Assembly (NCBI GenBank): GCA_964550945.1
Contig: CAZKBD010000001.1
Location: 289 to 64,288, forward strand
DNA: 64,000 nucleotides
From: an uncultured Methanosarcinales archaeon
Lineage (GTDB): Archaea > Nanobdellota > Nanobdellia > Woesearchaeales > CAZKBD01
Reading direction: 5' to 3'
Each line of letters opens with the position of its first letter. Positions within the stretch are counted from its first letter, which is position 1. The notes under the pieces are model-generated. The model searched no databases. It was not told where the DNA came from and saw only the letters and a list, made by a program, of their open reading frames with translations. Positions 1 to 10,027 of this stretch are shown here, piece after piece. Made by a program: the position numbers and the translations under genes.

Positions 1-4
1 AGCT

Positions 5-2860
5 ATGCTTGTTGGAACTGGGTTTGAAAGGCAGACTTCTGGAGAGCTGGAGAAAGAACAAGAAACAGAGTTTTGCTTTCCAAGATCAGAAACCCAGCCA
101 AATCTTGTTGAGAGGATTTTGTCAGATAGTGCTCCTAGCGGCATTGGAAAAAAGGTTGTAGAGGAAACATATAGCAGGGCAGTTAGCAATACTCAGGGAT
201 ATTTTGTAATTCCTTTTATCTCTCGTGAGATTGTTGCAGATTCTAATGTACACCTGCCTTCTGGTTATGTTCAAGTAAGAATAGACCACCATTCAGAATT
301 AGCTGGTTATTCTCAAGGCATAACCTTTACAAGCTATGTCGCTCATTTGCCTTTAACTTCTTATTTGTCAGAACAGCCTTATAATTCTTATCATAGTGAA
401 GAACAAACTGCTGATGTATATGCTCCGCAACCAGAAGCAAGGCATTTTGGAATGGTTCTTGCAAGACCATCAGACATTTACACTGAACAACAAGGTTTAG
501 ATAATAATTATTCTTTAATGCATTATGATACATTTACGCAAGAGGGATTTGAAACCAGCAGTATATTCATGCCCAAAGCAAGCGATTATTATTTGCCTGC
601 CATCTTTAAACAAGAAAGGGATTTCCATAGACATTTAATGATTTCGGATTCGAGTAACAGAGGTATACCTCCCGTATACACCATTGATTACACTGCACCA
701 ATTCTTGAACCTCAAGCGAGTGATAATAATTATTCATCTCTTACGAACATGATTAAAGAAAGGGTAATGCCTCTGCAACAAGAAGCTCGAACCCAGCCAA
801 AGATTCATGAGATTGTAGATCTCACAATAAACTCGCTTGTTCTTTTTTCTACAAACCAGGACACAATACCCATGCCAGCTTATGCTCTACACCCTAGCCC
901 AGTCATTAATGAACATTTTCCAGGTAACCCAGCACTTGGCAATGAATATTTACCTCCCACTAATGCTATTGAGCCTAGATTAACACCTCAAGTAATGCTG
1001 GAAACGTATCTGGATCCGGCTTTTGATGAACAAATCCAGATTAGCAATACAGACAGAATAAACCCTATGCCTCTTGCAAACAGATCCGACCAATTAGTCA
1101 CGCTACCAAGCGAATTTCAACCACAAACACAGCTTCCTGGGTTAGATTCAAATCAGATTCCAATAGGATTGTTATTAATGGATCCTTCGGATAATATCGT
1201 GCCTTTCAAATACTCTACAGATAATACTCCAATAACTTTTGAACCTAGTTTAGTTGTTGTACTTCATCCAGATACCTCACAGATTGTTGATAAATATTCA
1301 CAACCCGAGATTCATACACGACAACAGACTCCTGAATTTACAAATCATAGAATAGAACCGTTGATTATTGTTTCTGATTCTGTATCGGTTCCTTTAATAT
1401 GTGCACCAGAGCATGCCTCCCCAATATTTGTTGAATCAGAAACCAGCAATGTTAATAATTACGTGGATTTTGCAAAGGCTATTGAGCAGTCAGATATGCT
1501 GGCAGCTATAGAGCATGAACCTTTAGGTTTTATGAGCGCTACAAATGTTAATCTCTTGGATAGAGGTATCCAATTGCGCTCTCCCGATTATGCTAATATG
1601 ATTGGACAGCATTATAGCAGCCCCACTACTCGTAATATTGACTATGTGTTTGTTGCTGTATCACCTACAGTCCAAGGTAACCCAATTGAATTAGAAACGC
1701 TGATTTCAAATGAATCAATGATGGGCTCATATGGAAAAATAACACCCCTGGCAAAAGACCGCTCTGAAACTAAGAGTCATTTTTCTCCACAGATTGATTC
1801 CTCCTTAGAGAGCATTAGTCAAATGCTACACCAAACAGAATCACAGAGTGGATCATACACTGATTCTAAAACCGATAATGTTGGTAGCGAGCCTAAATCA
1901 CAAAGTAATGATAACAGCTTAGAGGGAGCCAGAGACATACAAGCTATTATAAGTTCTGCATTGGTCCAAAAGAGTAATCACACTGTACAAGAAACAGAAG
2001 AATCTCCGTATGAAAGTGTTGGCTATGAACTAGCTAATCAAAAATTAGCCTTAGATGACAGGTTCTTTAAGAAAGCACCAGACCCCATCAAGCGATGTGA
2101 GAGGCCTTCTGAATGTTTTGAGGAGATCATCCAATGGATGGACGGTAAATTTGATGCAAAAGACCCGGAAATGATTCAAAAGTATCGCTCAATATCTGAA
2201 TGCTACGCAGACCAGATAGACCATATTAAAAAAGCAAGAGAATATATCAGACAAAGAAAAGATGGCTATACTTGTGGTGGAACGCGTTATAGCAGATTTC
2301 ATCATAATGACCCTGGCTTTAAACTACAGTATTATATTCGCAATGGAGAAGTTCAAAGAGGATTTAAGCTTGCTGAACGTATAGAAGTTTCAGAAGAAAC
2401 GTTAAGAAGAGGGACTACACATAAAGTTAGGGCATTCAATACAAAAACTGGAGAAATCGTTGAATATGGATTAGATAGAGATACAGTTTATGCGCAGCTT
2501 GATATTTTGACTAGGGGCACAATAATCTGGAAGGATTTTAGTTATATTGATACAGAGACAGGCCAAGAACGATCAGGGATGTTCATTGATGAAAAAACCG
2601 GAGAAGAAAAAGCTTGTCTGTATTTAGAAACAATAGCTGAATATCATGCCGAAGCTAAGAAATTTCTTGGAGATAAGGATGAACATGGTATGAAACTTAA
2701 CGGGATAATAATATTGATAAACGGAGTTGAGCCTGGAAAAGGCACAACATCATTACATAACTATAAATTGAGATCAGGAGATATCATTGAAATTGTATAT
2801 AAAAACGATGCTGCAAGATACGATTCTTCCAATAGGGTTGTTTTCAAGATCGCAGCTTAA
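5..2860 (+). CDS. Large Pro/Ser/Gln-rich protein, N-terminus cut by the window edge; C-terminal globular region of unknown function
   Basis: Uninterrupted 951-codon ORF running from the window start. The composition is low-complexity and extracellular-like. I recognise no catalytic motif. Confidence 0.55.
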   Translation: MLVGTGFERQTSGELEKEQETEFCFPRSETQPNLVERILSDSAPSGIGKKVVEETYSRAVSNTQGYFVIPFISREIVADSNVHLPSGYVQVRIDHHSELAGYSQGITFTSYVAHLPLTSYLSEQPYNSYHSEEQTADVYAPQPEARHFGMVLARPSDIYTEQQGLDNNYSLMHYDTFTQEGFETSSIFMPKASDYYLPAIFKQERDFHRHLMISDSSNRGIPPVYTIDYTAPILEPQASDNNYSSLTNMIKERVMPLQQEARTQPKIHEIVDLTINSLVLFSTNQDTIPMPAYALHPSPVINEHFPGNPALGNEYLPPTNAIEPRLTPQVMLETYLDPAFDEQIQISNTDRINPMPLANRSDQLVTLPSEFQPQTQLPGLDSNQIPIGLLLMDPSDNIVPFKYSTDNTPITFEPSLVVVLHPDTSQIVDKYSQPEIHTRQQTPEFTNHRIEPLIIVSDSVSVPLICAPEHASPIFVESETSNVNNYVDFAKAIEQSDMLAAIEHEPLGFMSATNVNLLDRGIQLRSPDYANMIGQHYSSPTTRNIDYVFVAVSPTVQGNPIELETLISNESMMGSYGKITPLAKDRSETKSHFSPQIDSSLESISQMLHQTESQSGSYTDSKTDNVGSEPKSQSNDNSLEGARDIQAIISSALVQKSNHTVQETEESPYESVGYELANQKLALDDRFFKKAPDPIKRCERPSECFEEIIQWMDGKFDAKDPEMIQKYRSISECYADQIDHIKKAREYIRQRKDGYTCGGTRYSRFHHNDPGFKLQYYIRNGEVQRGFKLAERIEVSEETLRRGTTHKVRAFNTKTGEIVEYGLDRDTVYAQLDILTRGTIIWKDFSYIDTETGQERSGMFIDEKTGEEKACLYLETIAEYHAEAKKFLGDKDEHGMKLNGIIILINGVEPGKGTTSLHNYKLRSGDIIEIVYKNDAARYDSSNRVVFKIAA

Positions 2861-2944
2861 AAAATGCAAAAACAAAAATTAAAACTAAAAAAGAAAAAAA
2901 AGGAAATTGTTATTGTAGAGCAGAAATCCAAATCAGCCCAGAGG

Positions 2945-3562
2945 ATGGCACTGCACGCTTTGCAGAAGCAGATGAGCGCCTTAAGGCTTAAGGAATATCT
3001 AGTATTAGCTAGCTTTATGTTCGGCGCTGCTGTGTTAAGGTCTTTAATGCAGGGCTTTCCAAGTGTAGAGCCTTTGACATTCTTTGCAATCCTTGCTGGC
3101 TGGCTTTTCGGAAAGAAAAAAGGATTTCTTGTTGGAGCAGGCTCTTTGTACATATCAAATTTTTTAGTATTTGGCGGCCAAGGGCCATGGACAGTATTCC
3201 AAGCTTTAGCTTTTGGGATAGCTGGTTTTTTAGGCGGCTTCCTGAATAAGAAATGGGGCGTTGTGAGAAAATTGATTGGAGGAGTTACAGTAGCAGTTTT
3301 GGCTACAGTTATTTTTGAATTTTTAATGAACATAAGCTGGGGAGCGATGTTTGGCAATCCTTTGTTCGCAATTGTCGCAGGGATACCATTCGGCATTATA
3401 CATGTGCTATCCAATCTTGTATTTGCCTTGTTTCTGCCTTTTGCAATGAGTTTCATCAATAAAAAAGGAAGATTTGATGAGATGGAAATTTGCAGGGAAT
3501 TGCTTAAAAAGTTCCCTAAAAAGATCAGGTCAAAGATCAAGATTGATGACAATGAACAATAA
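2945..3562 (+). CDS. Polytopic membrane protein, ECF-transporter S-component-like (substrate-capture subunit)
   Basis: Several Gly-rich TM helices (FGAAVLRSL..., AGWLFGKKKGFLVGAGSLYISNF..., IAGFLGGFLNKKW). The ORF as given starts at 2864 with a Lys-run encoded by A-rich DNA. An ATG at 2945 (MALHALQ) sits just before the first TM helix, so the start is uncertain. The antisense ORF 2857..3552 is low-complexity and rejected. Confidence 0.4.
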   Translation: MALHALQKQMSALRLKEYLVLASFMFGAAVLRSLMQGFPSVEPLTFFAILAGWLFGKKKGFLVGAGSLYISNFLVFGGQGPWTVFQALAFGIAGFLGGFLNKKWGVVRKLIGGVTVAVLATVIFEFLMNISWGAMFGNPLFAIVAGIPFGIIHVLSNLVFALFLPFAMSFINKKGRFDEMEICRELLKKFPKKIRSKIKIDDNEQ

Positions 3563-3899
3563 GATCATTTTTTTGATAATTGCTGCATTCATTATTAATG
3601 GCTGCAGTTACCAAGAGCAAAACACGAAAGGAGATACAACCTTAACTGTAAAATCAATAGGAAACACGACAACACAAGAATACAAAGTTAATGGTGTTAA
3701 TGCTTTAGATTTATTGAAGTTTAGCCATAATGTAAAATTAACATTTGGCAATTATCTGGAATGCATCGATGATGTCTGCGCAAATAAAGAGTATATCTGG
3801 ACGTTTTATGTTAATGGTGCTAAGTCTCCTTTAGGAGTGAAGCAGTATCAAGTAAAAAGTGGTGATAGTATAGAGTTTAGATTCAACAAAGGAGGATAA
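3546..3899 (+). CDS. Small secreted (lipo)protein, DUF4430-like
   Basis: Signal peptide with a lipobox-like FIINGC. C-terminal W.FYVNG...G...Y.VKSGD.IEFRF pattern typical of DUF4430. Internal ATG at 3546 chosen because the upstream part of the ORF overlaps the preceding gene. Confidence 0.5.
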   Translation: MTMNNKIIFLIIAAFIINGCSYQEQNTKGDTTLTVKSIGNTTTQEYKVNGVNALDLLKFSHNVKLTFGNYLECIDDVCANKEYIWTFYVNGAKSPLGVKQYQVKSGDSIEFRFNKGG

Positions 3900-3902
3900 A
3901 AA

Positions 3903-5252
3903 ATGAAAAGCATAGTCTATATTTTGGTTTTTTTAGTAGTGGTTAGCATTGTATCTGCTGTTGATGTTGGCGTAGTAGTTGAGTTTGAGGATAGCTCATT
4001 AGCTACAAAGTGCGTAACTGTTGATGAAGGAACTGATGGCAGGGTCATCTTAGAAAAAACAGGCCTTGATCTTCTTTGGTCTCCAACTACAGCTTATGGG
4101 AGCTTAATCTGCAAAATCAATGGCGAGGGCACTGATATTTCAGGAGATTATTGCGAATATTCTGGCAAATTCTGGAACTTCAACATATTGATGGATGACA
4201 CTTGGGAGCACATGCCTGTTGGAAATGATGCTCCGGGTGGTTGCTGGAATAGGGATTTAAGCTCATGGAGCGGACATTACTGCGGCATAGATGGGGATGT
4301 TATCGGCTACAAATTTACAGACTCCGGAGCTCCTCCTTTGATTAAATTTGACGAAATCTGCCCTGAAACAAGGATTGCAATATCTGATCTAAAAGTTAAA
4401 GTAGACGGCAAAGAAAGAAACCTAAATGATGGCGGCACAATAAAAAATGCCAAGCCAGGATCTGAGATTGAGTTCAAGATTGAGTTAGAAAACCTGAACA
4501 AGAAAAATGGATTGGACATCAATGAGGTTAATGCTGAAATAACAATAGAGGATATTGATGATGACCTAACAGAAGAAACAGACAGCTTTGATTTAAATTC
4601 AGGAACTAAGAAGACAAAGACACTGAAATTTAACATACCTTTAGAAGTTGATGAAGATAGCTATGATGTCATTATCCAAGCAAGAGGCGAGCAGGAAGAC
4701 GGCACTGATTTTTCTTTGGAATGGCTTTTAGATTTAGAGGTAGATAAGGACAAGCACTCTGTGGTTATAGAGAAAGCTGGTTTAGATGAAGATATTTTGG
4801 AATGCGGCGAATCAACCAGCCTTAATCTAAGACTGATGAACCTTGGCTCTGATGATGAATCCACAATTTTAAGGATTGAAAACAAAGATTTAGGAATCTC
4901 TATCAAAGAGGATCTTGTGCTAAAAGAAGGCCCTTATAGCAGCTCTTATACTATCCCGACAACAGAAGGCCTAGAATCTGGCATTTATCCAATTGCCATA
5001 ACTGCTTTGTACAGCGAAGAGCTAGAAAAAGAAACCGCTAATCTTAATGTAGAGTGCACTAAAGAAGAAACACAGCAACAACCCATTGCCAAAGAGCAAA
5101 AAAAACAGGAACAAACAACTAAATTAACAGGGCAAGCAGTAAATGCGCCTGTTGTTAACAAAAAAGGCCTTGCAATAGCCCTTATAGCGATTGGAGAGCT
5201 GGCATTTGCAGCTATCCTTATTTTCGTACTCATTAAGGTACTAAAGCATTAA
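3903..5252 (+). CDS. Anchored surface protein (signal peptide, acidic beta-rich repeats, C-terminal TM anchor)
   Basis: GGAGG RBS 8 nt upstream. N-terminal hydrophobic signal and a C-terminal TM segment followed by basic residues (LIKVLKH). Paralogous to 5353..6435. Confidence 0.65.
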   Translation: MKSIVYILVFLVVVSIVSAVDVGVVVEFEDSSLATKCVTVDEGTDGRVILEKTGLDLLWSPTTAYGSLICKINGEGTDISGDYCEYSGKFWNFNILMDDTWEHMPVGNDAPGGCWNRDLSSWSGHYCGIDGDVIGYKFTDSGAPPLIKFDEICPETRIAISDLKVKVDGKERNLNDGGTIKNAKPGSEIEFKIELENLNKKNGLDINEVNAEITIEDIDDDLTEETDSFDLNSGTKKTKTLKFNIPLEVDEDSYDVIIQARGEQEDGTDFSLEWLLDLEVDKDKHSVVIEKAGLDEDILECGESTSLNLRLMNLGSDDESTILRIENKDLGISIKEDLVLKEGPYSSSYTIPTTEGLESGIYPIAITALYSEELEKETANLNVECTKEETQQQPIAKEQKKQEQTTKLTGQAVNAPVVNKKGLAIALIAIGELAFAAILIFVLIKVLKH

Positions 5253-5352
5253 ATTTTTTTTATTACTATTATAAAATAGCAAAAAGTTTATATATGAGTA
5301 CCTTATTATCCTGTGTAATATTCATATAAAACTACAATTTCGGGGTGGAAAA

Positions 5353-6435
5353 ATGAAGAAAATCGGTTTATTGTTGATGGTAGTATGTTTGATTGCTGGC
5401 TTAAGCACTATTGCTTTTGCTGCTAATGACACGCAAAAACTAGATATAAAAAGCCTAAAAGTTTATGTTGATGGCAAATCCACAACAGTTGATGATGGAG
5501 ATACCATATCAAAAGAGGCTAGCCCTGGTTCTAAGGTTGAATTTAAAGTTGAGCTGGAAAACCAGTACACAAACGAGCAGGATCTTAATATCGAAGATAT
5601 CACTGTAACAACCACTATAGTGGAGATTGATGATGGCGAGGATATTGATAGTGATGCAGACATCACCGATATAAAGCCAGAGAAAGACAAAACAGTAACA
5701 TTAACATTTGATATTCCTTACCTGGTTGACCAGGACACTTATGATGTTGATATTGAAGTGGAAGGGGACGACGAAAACGGAACCGATCAAAGCTTCATTT
5801 GGACAGTTTATCTAGAAGTAAAAAAGGAAAAACACAATGTGATTTTCACGAAAGCAGGCTTGGAGAATGAAGGCCTAAAATGTGGGGATCTTGCTAATCT
5901 GGATGTGGCTCTTTTGAATGTTGGAGAAGAAGATGAAGATGTCAAGCTGGAGATTAAAAACAAGGACCTTGCTATTGACATAAAAGACTCATTTAGTTTG
6001 GATGGAGACACCATAGACGACGAAGCCAAATACAGCAAATCCTTCGAGATAACCATTCCAAAAAATGCAAAAAAAGGAGATTATCCTGTTCCTTTAAAGG
6101 CAACTTATAATGAAGGAAGCAATACAGAAACAAAAACAGTCACCTTAAGTTTAGGCGATTGTATTGTTGAGCCAATCATAATTTCAGGATGCACTAATGA
6201 GACAGCATTAAACTACAATCCAGATGCAACTAGAGAGGATGGCAGCTGTGAATACGAAGAAGAAATAGTAGGAGAAGATGCTACAGACGTCCCAGAAGCA
6301 GTTCCTGTTTCAGAAGGAACAGTAGCGCCATTCTCAATTGAAGGGATTGCAGTCATCAGCTTGATCATACTAGGAGCAGTGCTTGTGATAGTGCTGGTAA
6401 TCTTCTTGGTTGTAAGGGCTGCTAGAAGGCCATAA
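5353..6435 (+). CDS. Anchored surface protein, paralog of 3903..5252
   Basis: Signal peptide and C-terminal TM plus RAARRP tail. Shares the KV(Y)VDGK...PGSxxEFKxELEN...YDVxIxxxGxxEDGTDxS...KHxVxxxKAGL block with the upstream gene. Confidence 0.65.
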   Translation: MKKIGLLLMVVCLIAGLSTIAFAANDTQKLDIKSLKVYVDGKSTTVDDGDTISKEASPGSKVEFKVELENQYTNEQDLNIEDITVTTTIVEIDDGEDIDSDADITDIKPEKDKTVTLTFDIPYLVDQDTYDVDIEVEGDDENGTDQSFIWTVYLEVKKEKHNVIFTKAGLENEGLKCGDLANLDVALLNVGEEDEDVKLEIKNKDLAIDIKDSFSLDGDTIDDEAKYSKSFEITIPKNAKKGDYPVPLKATYNEGSNTETKTVTLSLGDCIVEPIIISGCTNETALNYNPDATREDGSCEYEEEIVGEDATDVPEAVPVSEGTVAPFSIEGIAVISLIILGAVLVIVLVIFLVVRAARRP

Positions 6436-6510
6436 GCCTTTTTCTTTTGTTTTTACTTTTAAGTAACAAAATTAGAAAGATTTAAAAACAGATTAATATT
6501 CCTCTATCCT

Positions 6511-7266
6511 ATGCCTGTCAAAAAGGAATTTTTAGAGAGAATAAAAAACAACCTCAATATCAACATATATGAGGTTAAGATATGGACTGCTCTGCTAAGC
6601 AGGGGCATTGCTACAGCTTCTCAATTGGCGGATATTTCCGGCGTTCCTCGCTCAAGATGCTATGATGTTCTTGAAACGTTAGAGAAAGAGGGATTTATTA
6701 TAACTAAGCTAGGCAAGCCGATAAAGTATATTGCAGTTGCGCCAGAGGAAGTGATCAGAAGGCAAAAAAAATCAATCAACAAGGAAGCTGAAACAAAGGC
6801 AAAATTTATTGATTCTATCAAAGAAACAGGCACTTTCAGAGAGCTACAGCTATTGCATAGGTCAGGAATAGAAAAGGTAAGCATAGAAGACTTAAGCACA
6901 GCAATAAAAGGAAAGAACGAATTAAAAAGGCATATCAAGGAAATGGTAAATGACGCCAAAAAGAGCATAACAATAGTGACTACAAAAGAAGATTTGCAGA
7001 AGTGGATGGGATTATTGAAAGGGGTTAAGCAAAATGGCGTAACAATAGAGATTGGTCTGCCATCAGATGCGCCTAAAATAAAAAACAATGGGTTCAAAAT
7101 AAGGAAAGTGGACATAAAAGCAAGGTTTATGAGCATTGACCGGCAAAAAGCCTTATTTATGATAAATGATTCAAATATCGATCCAAATAATGATACTGGC
7201 GTTTTAGTCAAAAGCGAATTCTTTACAAGCGCTCTGGATAATCTAATCAAGGCTAATATGCGGTAA
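6511..7266 (+). CDS. TrmB-family archaeal transcriptional regulator
   Basis: N-terminal wHTH (IYEVKIWTALLSRGIATASQLADISGVPRSRCYDVLETLEKEGFI) typical of TrmB, with a C-terminal effector domain. Confidence 0.7.
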   Translation: MPVKKEFLERIKNNLNINIYEVKIWTALLSRGIATASQLADISGVPRSRCYDVLETLEKEGFIITKLGKPIKYIAVAPEEVIRRQKKSINKEAETKAKFIDSIKETGTFRELQLLHRSGIEKVSIEDLSTAIKGKNELKRHIKEMVNDAKKSITIVTTKEDLQKWMGLLKGVKQNGVTIEIGLPSDAPKIKNNGFKIRKVDIKARFMSIDRQKALFMINDSNIDPNNDTGVLVKSEFFTSALDNLIKANMR

Positions 7267-7314
7267 ATTCAGCAATCTTTATATATTGTTTCTTATTCAA
7301 TTGTATAATCAAAT

Positions 7315-9279
7315 ATGAAAAAAAAGTTTTACATAACCACAGCTATCGCATATCCAAATTCAGCGCCTCATCTAGGGCATGCTTTGGAGATAATCCAGGC
7401 AGATGTAGCTGCACGATTTCATAGGCTGCTTGGCAAGGATGTTTTCTTCCAGACAGGAACAGACGAGCATGGAGTAAAAAACTGGAAGACTGCGCAAAAG
7501 CAGGGAAAAGATATTCTGGAATTTCTCGATGCCAATGTTGCTGCTTTCAAGGATTTATATAAAAGGTTAAGCGCATCTTATGATTTTTTCATAAGAACAA
7601 CCGACAAGAATATACACCAGCCAGGCGTAATAAAGCTCTGGAAAGAGTTGGCAAAAAATGGGGATATATACAAAAAAGATTACAAAGGCATGTATTGCTC
7701 TGGTTGTGAATCATTTAAAACAGAAAAAGACCTTGAGGATGGGAAATGCTCAAATCATCCGACTCTCGAAATAGAGCTTGTTCATGAAGAAAACTATTTC
7801 TTTAAGCTTTCAAAGTACAAGGATGAGATTACAAAAAAGATTGAATCAGATGAATACAAGATAGTCCCAAATGCGCGAAAAAATGAGATATTGTCTTTCT
7901 TAAAAAACGTCAAAGACATCAGTTTTTCAAGGCCAAAAGCATCATTGCCTTGGGGGATCCCTGTTCCAGGAGATGATAACCAGATAATGTATGTTTGGTG
8001 CGATGCCTTATCCAACTATATAACAGGAGCAGGGTATGGAAGAGATGAAAAAACCTTCAAAGAGATATGGCCGGCAGACGTCCACATCATTGGGAAAGAC
8101 ATACTAAGGTTTCATGCGGCTTTCTGGCCTGCAATGCTGATTTCTGCCAGGATTAAGCTGCCTAAGCTGTTGTTTGTTCACGGGTTTATCCTGTCAAAAG
8201 GGGCAAAGATGGGCAAATCAACAGGCAATGTAATTGGGCCTTTTGAGCAGATTGAAAGGTATGGTGTTGACCAATTCCGCTTCTATATAGCCGGATCAAT
8301 GCCAATTGATGGCGATGGAGAATATTCCGAAGAGCTGTTACTTGAAAAAGTAAACGCTGAATTGGTTGGAAACCTTTCAAATTTCTGCTATAGGGTTTTA
8401 TCTTTCACAAACAAGAATTTTAACTCTGAAATCAAAGAGATTGATAATAGTCTTGTGATTGAAAACATAACCAAAAAGTTCGATCAGATAAAAAAAGCTT
8501 ATGAAGAATTTGACTTTAAAAAGGCTATTGATGAGGTAATGGCTGTTTCAGCTATTGGCAACAAATATTTCCAGGATAATGAGCCATGGAAATTGATAAA
8601 GCAAGATAAAGAAAAAGCACACAAGATAGTTGGGCTTTGTGTCAATCTTGTAAAGGATCTCGGCATTTTAATGGGCCCTGTGATGCCTGGTTTTTCAGAT
8701 AATCTATTCAATCAGTTGAAATTAAAGAACCTTAAGTGGAAAGATCTGGATTTCAAGCTAAAGAATCATAAAATTGCAGATGCTAGGATATTGATAAACA
8801 AGATAACTGAAAAGATTAAGGAAGAGTTCCCTCTTGATTTAAGAATTGCAAAAATTTTATCAGTTGAGCAGCATCCAGGCGCTGATAGGTTATACATATT
8901 AAAAATAGACCTTGGAACAGAAAAAAGGCAGCTGGTTGCTGGTGTAAGGAAAAATTATACTGAAAAAGAGCTCCAGGGAAAGAATATAATTGTTGTATGC
9001 AATCTAAAGCCGGCTAAATTAAGGGGCATTATAAGCGAGGGTATGTTGCTGGCTGCTGATAACGGAAAAGAAATCGGCTTGTTGACTGTAGAAGGTTTGC
9101 CAGGCGACTCGCTTAATTTTGGCAGTATGGAGAACGCTAAAAAACGGATTGATATTGATAATTTTTCAAAAATTAAATTAGTAGCCAAAGAAGGCAAGGT
9201 TTATTATAAAGAATCAATATTAAAATCAAAAAAAGGCGATGTTTCAGTTGAAAGAGTCAATGAAGGAACAATTAGTTAG
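7315..9279 (+). CDS. metG: Methionyl-tRNA synthetase with C-terminal tRNA-binding (EMAP/Trbp111-like) domain
   Basis: HLGH (HIGH) motif and KMGKS (KMSKS) motif. The C-terminal stretch ILSVEQHPGADRLYILKIDLG is typical of an OB-fold tRNA-binding domain. Confidence 0.9.
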   Translation: MKKKFYITTAIAYPNSAPHLGHALEIIQADVAARFHRLLGKDVFFQTGTDEHGVKNWKTAQKQGKDILEFLDANVAAFKDLYKRLSASYDFFIRTTDKNIHQPGVIKLWKELAKNGDIYKKDYKGMYCSGCESFKTEKDLEDGKCSNHPTLEIELVHEENYFFKLSKYKDEITKKIESDEYKIVPNARKNEILSFLKNVKDISFSRPKASLPWGIPVPGDDNQIMYVWCDALSNYITGAGYGRDEKTFKEIWPADVHIIGKDILRFHAAFWPAMLISARIKLPKLLFVHGFILSKGAKMGKSTGNVIGPFEQIERYGVDQFRFYIAGSMPIDGDGEYSEELLLEKVNAELVGNLSNFCYRVLSFTNKNFNSEIKEIDNSLVIENITKKFDQIKKAYEEFDFKKAIDEVMAVSAIGNKYFQDNEPWKLIKQDKEKAHKIVGLCVNLVKDLGILMGPVMPGFSDNLFNQLKLKNLKWKDLDFKLKNHKIADARILINKITEKIKEEFPLDLRIAKILSVEQHPGADRLYILKIDLGTEKRQLVAGVRKNYTEKELQGKNIIVVCNLKPAKLRGIISEGMLLAADNGKEIGLLTVEGLPGDSLNFGSMENAKKRIDIDNFSKIKLVAKEGKVYYKESILKSKKGDVSVERVNEGTIS

Positions 9280-10027
9280 GATATTCAAGATAGATAAGAC
9301 GCTCTTGTTCGTTATAATTGCTGATATCTTGTTTTATTTGTGCTTAGCTGGCAGCTTATACTCATTAAACCTCATTATGATTGATAATTTCAAATCATTA
9401 GAAAGCACTTATTCTACACTTGAAAAGCTCAGCTCTATCTATAATGGAGATGCAATCTCATCTGCTGAGTCATTCACAGCTGAGCTGGAATCGACGCAAA
9501 ATATACTCCGTAAAGTGCTTATCAACTCAGCGATAATAAGCATTATCTTTTATTTTTTAATAATTACGTTGATATCCTTGATAAAAGGCTTTATTTGGTC
9601 TAGAATATCCAGCCAAAGATTCAGCTTCAGATATTTTTTGAAGAGTTGGCTGCTTAATTTATTATGGGTTAGTTTCTGGTGCATAATCCTTGCATCAACT
9701 ATAATCTTATTCAAGGCGAATATAAACTACTATATTGTTGCTTTGGAGCTGTTATTATTTATCTACAGCAGTTCTGTTATAAGAGCTTTATTCAACGAGA
9801 AGGAAAGCCTTTTTAGCCAGATTAAGAAAGGGATTAAATCTTGTTTTAAGTTTAGGAAATTGCCCCTGTTGTGTTTATTCATCAGCTTTATTATATTTGC
9901 TCTAATCTATTATCTGATGTTGTTTGTATCGCAGGGAATAACCTTTGTGGTTATAGTCCTTATCATGCTTGCACTATACTCTGCTTTGGCTAGAAGATAT
10001 ATCTTAGATAGCTTGCGCTTGGTTTAA
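9260..10027 (+). CDS. Polytopic membrane protein of unknown function
   Basis: Multiple hydrophobic helices. The start is ambiguous (ATG at 9239 or 9260, both overlapping the metG 3' end). Weak similarity in layout to 43388..44191. Confidence 0.45.
   Translation: MKEQLVRIFKIDKTLLFVIIADILFYLCLAGSLYSLNLIMIDNFKSLESTYSTLEKLSSIYNGDAISSAESFTAELESTQNILRKVLINSAIISIIFYFLIITLISLIKGFIWSRISSQRFSFRYFLKSWLLNLLWVSFWCIILASTIILFKANINYYIVALELLLFIYSSSVIRALFNEKESLFSQIKKGIKSCFKFRKLPLLCLFISFIIFALIYYLMLFVSQGITFVVIVLIMLALYSALARRYILDSLRLV

Noticed and set aside
327-533. Antisense or shadow ORFs inside long genes (also 4307..4636, 4661..4906, 4985..5233, 5463..5690, 5808..6056, 6660..7250, 7794..8015, 16388..16936, 18509..19051, 20003..20341, 22567..23043, 24212..24559, 31633..32217, 32528..32836, 37773..38039, 45415..45729, 50989..51420, 52265..52612, 53358..53741, 54250..54645 and similar)
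   Set aside because: Each lies wholly within a longer ORF on the other strand or frame that carries recognisable motifs or a clear protein-like composition. Their sequences are low-complexity and Ser/Leu/Phe-rich, as expected from reading AT-rich coding DNA out of frame.
2857-3552. 231-aa minus-strand ORF overlapping the ECF-S-like gene
   Set aside because: Its translation is low-complexity (KKP/PPN runs) with no domain features. The + strand ORF has coherent TM helices, so the + strand gene is kept.
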